From the IMG/VR virus record IMGVR_UViG_3300009787_000007, positions 1 to 64,000 of that record: DNA of 64,000 nucleotides. One strand, given 5' to 3'. Shown piece after piece: positions 29,554-37,010 of this stretch (its first letter is position 1; each line of letters starts with the position of its first letter). The translations under genes and the position numbers were made by a program. This DNA comes from a virus. Its lineage: Duplodnaviria > Caudoviricetes. Under the pieces are notes generated by a model. It saw nothing but the letters and a program-made list of their open reading frames with translations, was not told the origin of the DNA and made no database searches.

Positions 29554-29581
29554 TTGAAAGGCGACCCCCGCGCATTATAAT
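29554..29581 (+). other. isolated GC-rich element: candidate cos/packaging site or promoter spacer
   Basis: GGCGACCCCCGCGC (29560-29573) in an otherwise extremely AT-rich intergenic gap, flanked by TTGAAA and TATAAT with a 16-nt spacing. Confidence 0.4.
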
Positions 29582-29762
29582 TTTTTTTATGTCAAGTCTT
29601 TTATTTATTACTATATAATACCATATCTAATTTTATGAAGTAAATGAGTATAAATACCTAATTTAAAGATAATATTAGTTATAGATATTATTTATAAGAG
29701 GTAATAAAGAAATTAGATTATATAGGATATAGAATAGAGATTAGATTAGAGAGGATTAGTAT

Positions 29763-30086
29763 ATGACTTTAGAGTATATAGTAGGTAAGAGAACTAGACC
29801 AGCTAAGAAATCTACATTTATTCCGAATAAGTTTGTTAAAAATAGTGTAAGCAGCAATATTATTTATATAAACTTAAGTAAGATATGGTATAGAAAAGGT
29901 GCTAAAGAGGGTAAAGATCCTATGACATGGTATGAAATTAATAAAGTTAAATCAATATTATACAGTTTACATAAAGAACTAGGATTAAAATATAATGAAA
30001 TGTTATATATTAAAACTAAAGATATGAGATATATGTATGCTATAACGCAAGTAGCTAGATTATATATAGCTTATCTAAATAAATAA
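29763..30086 (+). CDS. small basic hypothetical protein (possible nucleic-acid binding)
   Basis: 107 aa, K/R/Y-rich, AGAGG-like SD upstream. Confidence 0.6.
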   Translation: MTLEYIVGKRTRPAKKSTFIPNKFVKNSVSSNIIYINLSKIWYRKGAKEGKDPMTWYEINKVKSILYSLHKELGLKYNEMLYIKTKDMRYMYAITQVARLYIAYLNK

Positions 30087-30149
30087 ATAGTATGTAATGT
30101 TCTATAATTAGTATAATCAGTATAAATTAATTTAATATAATATATTAAT

Positions 30150-30653
30150 ATGGTATATAATCAATCATTTCAAGATATAACTAATAATCAGCCTTTGTAC
30201 GAAAAACAAATGCAGTTACAGCAGCAGAATATTACACCAGCTAGGTCTACAGGAGGCAAGAGAATACCTTTTGCTCAACAATTAGCTAATACACCATCTA
30301 GACAGATAGACAGTTCTCAGGCTCAATATTTAACTAATGTAGATAGACCTAGTAATGCACCACCTTTAGTAACTAAAACTAAACCTTATCAGACAGAAGA
30401 TTTAAGTCAGTATATAAATACAGTTAAAAGACCTAGTAATGCACCTGATTTACCTATACAAGCTAAACTTCCTAATCAAGCAGAAGATTTAAGTAAATAC
30501 ATGACTAGTCCTAAGTATGTAAGAACTAGTAAAGCGCCTATAAGGGATAATCATTTCTTCAGTCAATTACAGAAGAATGCAGAAGAAAGATTAGGTAGTA
30601 ATAATAATCCTATAAGAAGATTAGGTAGTTTCTTAAATAAGAAGATATGGTAG
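30150..30653 (+). CDS. hypothetical protein with two 28-aa repeats
   Basis: RPSNAP..L...K.P.Q.EDLS.Y occurs twice; the DNA repeat AGACCTAGTAATGCACC occurs at 30345 and 30429 (84-nt period). Confidence 0.65.
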   Translation: MVYNQSFQDITNNQPLYEKQMQLQQQNITPARSTGGKRIPFAQQLANTPSRQIDSSQAQYLTNVDRPSNAPPLVTKTKPYQTEDLSQYINTVKRPSNAPDLPIQAKLPNQAEDLSKYMTSPKYVRTSKAPIRDNHFFSQLQKNAEERLGSNNNPIRRLGSFLNKKIW

Positions 30654-30669
30654 AAGATATATAAATATA

Positions 30670-30699
30670 TTGACATTAGCTAAAAATTTAATATATAAT
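30670..30699 (+). promoter_or_regulatory. consensus sigma70 promoter
   Basis: TTGACA-18 nt-TATAAT, 35 nt before the ATG at 30735. Confidence 0.7.
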
Positions 30700-30734
30700 A
30701 AAAGAGTAAACAATTCTAGATACAGTTTAAACAT

Positions 30735-31298
30735 ATGACTAATTTTTCAGTTCCAGATAGTACAGATACTACATCAAGTGCTACACAAGATACAGTTGAT
30801 TTGCTAGTAGCTATCTTTACTCAAATTCAATCAGATACTACAGAAGTATTAGCTCAAAAGAATCAAGTAATTGATACATTAACAACTAAATATCAAGCTG
30901 CATTAACACAAGATGCTGCTGATCAAGCTAGTTTAGCTACTGCTAATGCTGAGATTGCACAATTACAAGGTGATGCTAGTAAAGAGGCTACATTGTTAGC
31001 TAATCTACAGAATTTCAAAACTACATTAGATAGTGCTTCAAGTGCTAGTAATACTTCAAGTACATCTACAGTTAGTTCATCTACTCCAGTAAATTCAGGT
31101 ACAACAAATGTTAGTTCTAATGGTTCTGCTAGTGTTACTTCTACAGATTCTAGTGCTACTGGAACTACACCAGCTACAGGAAGCACTACAGTTCCCGCTA
31201 GTTCAAGTACAGATGGAACAGCAGTAGATAGTTCAACTTCAACACCTGCTCAAGTAGCTACATCAGCTAGTGCATCTACAGCAAGTACAGGAAGTTAA
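30735..31298 (+). CDS. coiled-coil plus Ser/Thr/Ala-rich low-complexity protein
   Basis: 187 aa; helical N-terminal half, S/T/A tail; contains no R, H, W or C. Confidence 0.75.
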   Translation: MTNFSVPDSTDTTSSATQDTVDLLVAIFTQIQSDTTEVLAQKNQVIDTLTTKYQAALTQDAADQASLATANAEIAQLQGDASKEATLLANLQNFKTTLDSASSASNTSSTSTVSSSTPVNSGTTNVSSNGSASVTSTDSSATGTTPATGSTTVPASSSTDGTAVDSSTSTPAQVATSASASTASTGS

Positions 31299-31392
31299 TA
31301 AAAATGTTAGTCTTACTAAAAAGATTAGCTGAATGGATTGAACTAGTTAGAAAAGTAGATAGTTAGTCTAAAATTAAAATACTAATAGAATT

Positions 31393-31427
31393 AAACTAAG
31401 ATAATTAAATTTATCTTAGTTTTTTTA
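31393..31427 (+). terminator. intrinsic terminator, possibly bidirectional
   Basis: Perfect 12-bp stem AAACTAAGATAA/TTATCTTAGTTT followed by a T run, between convergent genes. Confidence 0.75.
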
Positions 31428-31446
31428 TTGTTTATCTATTTTCTAA

Positions 31447-33105
31447 CTAAGCACCTTGAGATGGATATTGCATATCTTGAGAGTTAGATTGACTAGAAGT
31501 AGATTGTTGAGTATTAGAATCATTAGGAGTATTACCTTGTTGATTAGGATCAGAAGTATTAGATTGAGGATTCTGCAACTGTTGTTCCTGCATAGCTATT
31601 TGTTGTTCTTGCATTTGAACTTGTTGAACTTGCAACTGTAGTTGTAACTGAGTTAATTGATTTTGAACTTCTTTAGCTATTTGAGCAGCCATAGCATCTT
31701 GTTCTTTTTCAGCCTTATCAGCTTCATTTAGAGCAGGTAGACCTAAATTCTTTCTAATTAGACCTATAACTTCAGTATCATTTTGATCTAATATTCCTGA
31801 AGCTATTAATGAAGATATAGTAGATAATCTACTATTTATAGTAGTTTGATCTTCTTCTGCATCGAATACAAATTCACCGTAGTTATTTTTAAACCAGTCA
31901 AAGGGAAAGTTAAAATATAATAATCTTTTAACTACTTTATTAATTAATTCTTCTTTAATTGAAGTAGTTAAAGCATAGATAGTTGTATCAAATACTGACT
32001 TAAAGTTTTGAGATAGACCTACATTAGTTGTACCTGAAATACCTGAATCAAAAATACCTACTGGAACACCGAATGCTCTTTGTAAACCTCTATCGATATA
32101 GTTAAGAATATAATCCCAGAATCTCTCATCATTTTGTATTTGTATTCTAGTAATTTCAACATCTACATCAGTTACTATATAATCTTTCTTATAAATATCT
32201 TGTAATTGATAATTTAAAGCTATTTGTTTAGTAACTTCAACTGGTTTACCACTACCATCTTTTAATGGATTCATTTTACTATCTACTAGGATAGTTCTAC
32301 CAGTATTAGGAGTTTTAGCATGAAGTATACCAGTAGAATTATTTTTAGTAGCAATAGCTAAATGAGTCAATACAATTCTTTTCAAAGTGTAATAATTTAA
32401 AGCTATTATTCCATCACCTATTCCCCATACTTCTCTTTCATTAAAAGTAGCACCTGAGTTATTAATAATATGAATACATTTCTTATAAGGTATTTTTACA
32501 TAAATACCATGACCATTATCATATTCTATAGTTTCAATCCTACCTCTTTTACCTAATATTCTTATAATTCTTTCAGGATCTAGAACATTAATATTTTCTA
32601 ATCTCCATTGACCTCTATAACCTCTAGCTTTAGAAGTCATAGTAAATTCTGCTATACAAAATCCATAAAGTATAGTAGATGAAATCATTTTAAATAAAAC
32701 TCTTTTAAATGATGTTCCTAATGTAGTTAAATTACTATTAATAAAATTCTCTATCTCTTTCTTAGGATGAGAAAAGTTACCAAACGATTGTACTGTTCTT
32801 AATGCTTTTAAACTTATACACTGAGATACAACTGGATCTCTCTCTTGCATCTCATTTAAAGCTTTTATAGGTGGTCTTTTATCAACTGCTGGATATGCAA
32901 ACTCACTAATAGCTGTAGTATATAAATTAGCTATATGAGAACTATATTGACCTTGATGATATACATTTAAAGGAGTTGGAACATTACTAAATAATAACTC
33001 TAAATCTAACTCTCCAATTGGTATATCATTCTTTAAACTTTGTAATATCTGACTATTACTTGTATTACTACTAGCATAACTATTACTAAAATCTCTGTTA
33101 TTCAT
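31447..33105 (-). CDS. portal protein (DUF935/Mu gp29-like) with Gln-rich C-terminal tail
   Basis: LNEMQERDPVVSQCISLK, TILYGFCIAEF, R.ENINVLDP.RI, IPYKKCIHI and NYIDRGLQRAFGVP helical portal pattern; 552 aa. Confidence 0.8.
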   Translation of the reverse strand: MNNRDFSNSYASSNTSNSQILQSLKNDIPIGELDLELLFSNVPTPLNVYHQGQYSSHIANLYTTAISEFAYPAVDKRPPIKALNEMQERDPVVSQCISLKALRTVQSFGNFSHPKKEIENFINSNLTTLGTSFKRVLFKMISSTILYGFCIAEFTMTSKARGYRGQWRLENINVLDPERIIRILGKRGRIETIEYDNGHGIYVKIPYKKCIHIINNSGATFNEREVWGIGDGIIALNYYTLKRIVLTHLAIATKNNSTGILHAKTPNTGRTILVDSKMNPLKDGSGKPVEVTKQIALNYQLQDIYKKDYIVTDVDVEITRIQIQNDERFWDYILNYIDRGLQRAFGVPVGIFDSGISGTTNVGLSQNFKSVFDTTIYALTTSIKEELINKVVKRLLYFNFPFDWFKNNYGEFVFDAEEDQTTINSRLSTISSLIASGILDQNDTEVIGLIRKNLGLPALNEADKAEKEQDAMAAQIAKEVQNQLTQLQLQLQVQQVQMQEQQIAMQEQQLQNPQSNTSDPNQQGNTPNDSNTQQSTSSQSNSQDMQYPSQGA

Positions 33106-33266
33106 TGTAAATTTATATCTATATTTATATTTATACTATTTATATTAATTAGTTATTTTCTAACATATAGTTTCTAACTTATATTTATATGTACTATATA
33201 ATAATTATACTAACTATAACGTATAATTATAACTTATAGATAATTTAATTAATATAACTAACTATT

Positions 33267-34067
33267 ATGAGTAATACATTAAACAATATTTCATTAATAT
33301 CTACATATAATTATGGTTCACCTAGATATCATACTATACTTAATCTTCCTACAGTTATAATTCCAGAAGATTATGTAACACATGATGCAGTTCAAGGTAC
33401 ATATGATATGAATTTTCCATTATATGTAATGACTAATAATAATCCTCCTGTAATAGAATTAGTAGATGAGAATAGTAATATAAATCAGATTAAAGGTTCA
33501 TTAGCACCATACCTTAGTCAGAAAGCATATATGACTAAACAGATAGGTAAACAAGCTACTACAACTATTCCAACTAACACTAATTTAGATTCTCAAACTA
33601 TTTCATATGATGAATATTTACATATAAATGTTAATCCTAGTTGGTGTACTATTCAGAATAATTACGTTAGTAATACTAACTCTAATACTACTATTACACC
33701 TAGATTTCTAGTTAGAGTATTAGGTAATTCTATATTAATATCTGATATATATGCTTTAACACTAGCTTCATCTAACTTAGGTGTAAGTAATACACTATTT
33801 CCAGTAGGAATTATAGTTAGTTATAATAATAATTTATGGATAAATACTCAATCAACTAATCTTTATCCTCCTAGTACAGCTAATGCTCAATCAGATTATT
33901 GGAATAATCTAAATGGTATAACTAATATATTTAATGCAGATTTATTCTTTCTATCTAGTAACGGTACTTCATATTTTACTTCAGTTTCAGATGATTCTAG
34001 AGATTTTAATCCATTAACTGAAGATGATACCTTAGTAGCTTGGAATTTATCTTACTATCAAGAATAA
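33267..34067 (+). CDS. hypothetical virion-like protein on the opposite strand
   Basis: 266 aa, N/T/S-rich composition like the structural genes. Confidence 0.65.
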   Translation: MSNTLNNISLISTYNYGSPRYHTILNLPTVIIPEDYVTHDAVQGTYDMNFPLYVMTNNNPPVIELVDENSNINQIKGSLAPYLSQKAYMTKQIGKQATTTIPTNTNLDSQTISYDEYLHINVNPSWCTIQNNYVSNTNSNTTITPRFLVRVLGNSILISDIYALTLASSNLGVSNTLFPVGIIVSYNNNLWINTQSTNLYPPSTANAQSDYWNNLNGITNIFNADLFFLSSNGTSYFTSVSDDSRDFNPLTEDDTLVAWNLSYYQE

Positions 34068-34085
34068 TTTATACTACTATACTTC

Positions 34086-34120
<35 letters not shown>

Positions 34121-34162
34121 TAAATTAGTTAATATATTTACTATTATGTACATATAAGATTA

Positions 34163-36073
34163 CTAATTAGAGACAGTAGAGTTTACATTTGTCCAGAATT
34201 TATTAGGGAAGTAATGAGGATTACTACTTAATACAGACAGTTGATTAGCATTAGGTTCTCGCATAAGTAAGGTATTAGTTTCATTAGCGGCTATATTTAC
34301 ATTACCTATATCATATTCTGATAAACCTTCTCCTCCCATACCAGCTAATATTTGACTATAGTATTGTTGCATTTGGTCTAAACTAGCTACATCTGAAGCA
34401 TCTTGACCAGCATCATTATAATTATTATCTGCTGAACCACCATCTATTGCAGGTGGATTTATCTGGTAATAATATATAGATTGATGTCCAAATATAGGCG
34501 GATTGTTGTAGTTTATGATGAATGTAAGCGTACCAAACAGATATTCAAAGTAACCAGAAGGTGGATTAACAGGAGAGTTCCAAGTAGTTTCTACAGCATT
34601 AGGAACACCTGGAGCTAGTATTAATTGACCTAGATCAAACATACTACCTACAGGAACACCAGCTAAAGATTCGCTAGTTTTAACGCTTTGATATAAATTA
34701 GTATCACCTATAGGATAGAAAGATATAACGTTACCATAACACCACCATAGTTTATAATCATATGAATAACCATATGATCTAGAACCTGAAGTAGCTTGTA
34801 CTTGAGAAGGATGATTAATATTACCTGTAGCAGAACCAAAGTTAAATCTAAGTAATATAGAAGCATCATTAGACATAGCTAATACAGGAGTGTAACATAG
34901 ATTCTGATCAGAATATTTATTAGGAGTTACTGAATTAGAACTAATATTAGTTAAACTATTAGGTCTAATACAGTTAGTAGATTGAGAATATGATTGTAGT
35001 GAAACTCTTAAAGCATCTGTACCATAATCTGGACATTGATAAGGAGAACATATTTTATCATTAGTAGTGCTTACATAATTAGCTAAACCATTACTAAACT
35101 CATTAAAATCTAATTCCTTTCCATAACCTAATACAGTAGTTAAATTTACTCTTTGAGTTAGGTTTAGATTATAGTTAAATTGTTTTTCTAACTGAACAAT
35201 TCCATTAGCTATTGTATATGTTGAACTAGCTGATCTAGTTCTTTTATTAAGGTTTAAGATACCTCTACACCATGTAAAAGAATAAGTTGGAGTAAAACTA
35301 TATTCTACTACAGAATTAACCTGTATTGTACCGTTATCTACTTGTAAAGGAGTTCCTAAAGGTATATAATTACCTCCATCAGTAGGAGCTATAGAAGTAA
35401 TAGGTATTCTATCTTGTACATCTACACCTATTGCAGTCCAAGTACCACCACCTAAGTAATATAGACTATTCATATCAAAGTTATATGAGAAACAAATAGG
35501 TAAACTTTGAGATTCTATAAAATATGAATTATAAACACCATTTAAATTAGAATCTATACTAAATAATCTCCAATTTAACTGTATAGTTCCATCAGGATTA
35601 GTAATTTGACTAACTTGATGAGCTATATGTACTGAGTAAGCATCATCTTCTACTCCATTAGCGGTAATATAACATTTGATTACTAAATTACTTGTAGTGA
35701 ATATATAAACAGGTGTAATTAAACCATATATATCTTCATCTATAAATACTCCATATACATTAGTAGCTGTATTACTATTATTATTAACTGGACTATTAAA
35801 TGGAATAGGTTGACCAGTTAATAAAGCTATATTATTTAATTCAGCTTGTTGAGTAACTAATAAGTTAGTTATATCTGTACTACTAAAATTAGTTAATCTT
35901 CTAACAGTAACTAATTTAAAGTTAAACTCTTTATCTGTAGTCTCTGATTTACTTCTCTCAGTTATATTCTTTTCAGATAATGTTTGAGTAGTAACTAAAT
36001 GTTCTATATCATCTCTACCTCTTAAATATATCCTTCCTGTACCATCTAATCTAATGAAATCTGATGTTGGCAT
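34163..36073 (-). CDS. tail tip/structural protein (hypothetical)
   Basis: 636 aa, beta-rich, downstream of the tail genes. Confidence 0.6.
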   Translation of the reverse strand: MPTSDFIRLDGTGRIYLRGRDDIEHLVTTQTLSEKNITERSKSETTDKEFNFKLVTVRRLTNFSSTDITNLLVTQQAELNNIALLTGQPIPFNSPVNNNSNTATNVYGVFIDEDIYGLITPVYIFTTSNLVIKCYITANGVEDDAYSVHIAHQVSQITNPDGTIQLNWRLFSIDSNLNGVYNSYFIESQSLPICFSYNFDMNSLYYLGGGTWTAIGVDVQDRIPITSIAPTDGGNYIPLGTPLQVDNGTIQVNSVVEYSFTPTYSFTWCRGILNLNKRTRSASSTYTIANGIVQLEKQFNYNLNLTQRVNLTTVLGYGKELDFNEFSNGLANYVSTTNDKICSPYQCPDYGTDALRVSLQSYSQSTNCIRPNSLTNISSNSVTPNKYSDQNLCYTPVLAMSNDASILLRFNFGSATGNINHPSQVQATSGSRSYGYSYDYKLWWCYGNVISFYPIGDTNLYQSVKTSESLAGVPVGSMFDLGQLILAPGVPNAVETTWNSPVNPPSGYFEYLFGTLTFIINYNNPPIFGHQSIYYYQINPPAIDGGSADNNYNDAGQDASDVASLDQMQQYYSQILAGMGGEGLSEYDIGNVNIAANETNTLLMREPNANQLSVLSSNPHYFPNKFWTNVNSTVSN

Positions 36074-36128
36074 ATCTTATAATGTTAATAGTAATATATA
36101 AATTTTATAATAAATTAATTTAATTAAT

Positions 36129-36533
36129 ATGAATACATTATATATGGTTGAGTTTGGTTTATCTCCTGAACAAGAGAAACTACTATATGGAGCTACAGTA
36201 GGTCTAACTTTAGGAGATGTAGTAGGTAATGTAGCTTCAGGTATTGATAGTTATAGTAAAAGAGAAGATATAGAGAAAGAAAAAGCTAGAAAATTAGCTG
36301 AAAAGTTTAATAAAGATTTTGAAACCTTTAATACTAAGAATAATTCTAATGGTTTCTTTATATCAGATGCAAATACTCCTGAAGGTAAAAGATATATAAA
36401 ATCAGCTAATAAATTCTTAGACAATGAAAATAATTTAAATAATAAATACTATAATCCTTATATTATTCCTGGTACTGCTGCTGCTGGTACACTATTAGGT
36501 GTAGGTATAGCTCATTATCTTAATAAGAAATAA
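36129..36533 (+). CDS. small protein with two Gly-rich hydrophobic segments
   Basis: YGATVGLTLGDVVGNVASG and PGTAAAGTLLGVGIAHYL flank a charged linker. Confidence 0.65.
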   Translation: MNTLYMVEFGLSPEQEKLLYGATVGLTLGDVVGNVASGIDSYSKREDIEKEKARKLAEKFNKDFETFNTKNNSNGFFISDANTPEGKRYIKSANKFLDNENNLNNKYYNPYIIPGTAAAGTLLGVGIAHYLNKK

Positions 36534-36561
36534 GTTATATACACATTTATAATAATAAATG

Positions 36562-36981
36562 TTATTCATCAAAAGGATTATCTATTAGTTTTTCTATATT
36601 TAATTGTTCCTTTGGTATACCTAAACTTTTACCATAATTTTTAATAGTATTAAAAGATTTACGATTATTTCTTTTAGCTGTAAATATTTTATTAGGAAAT
36701 GCAACATGAATAGTATCTCCATTTACTAGATGTGCATAAAATGGATTATTAATATTACTAGAAATGGACTCTAGAGTAGTAGGTAAATTATCATTATCTA
36801 CTTCTACTTTATGTAAATTATATACTTTTGATTGTATATCATTTTCTAATTTAGTCTTTTCAGTATTTACTATATTTATATTATTTAGTAAAGAAGGGTT
36901 GTTTAAACTTTCTTCTATAATTACACCTTTCCACTTATTACTATCTTCTTTATTAAAATAAACTATATCTACCATATACAT
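36562..36981 (-). CDS. hypothetical protein (KGVIIEESL...YGKSLGIP.EQL family)
   Basis: 139 aa with a perfect AAGGAGG SD (36990-36996). The motifs resemble a conserved hypothetical family I recall from CPR-type genomes (unverified). Confidence 0.7.
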   Translation of the reverse strand: MYMVDIVYFNKEDSNKWKGVIIEESLNNPSLLNNINIVNTEKTKLENDIQSKVYNLHKVEVDNDNLPTTLESISSNINNPFYAHLVNGDTIHVAFPNKIFTAKRNNRKSFNTIKNYGKSLGIPKEQLNIEKLIDNPFDE

Positions 36982-37010
36982 ACTATAAACCTCCTTGTCT
37001 AATTTATTCT

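Noticed and set aside
29574-29595. Minus-strand promoter from perfect TTGACA and TATAAT hexamers
   Set aside because: The spacer is only 10 nt, incompatible with sigma70 geometry.
33106-33160. T4-like late promoter TATAAATA upstream of structural genes
   Set aside because: The motif is expected frequently at about 75% AT, and no sigma factor gene is seen. It needs TSS data.
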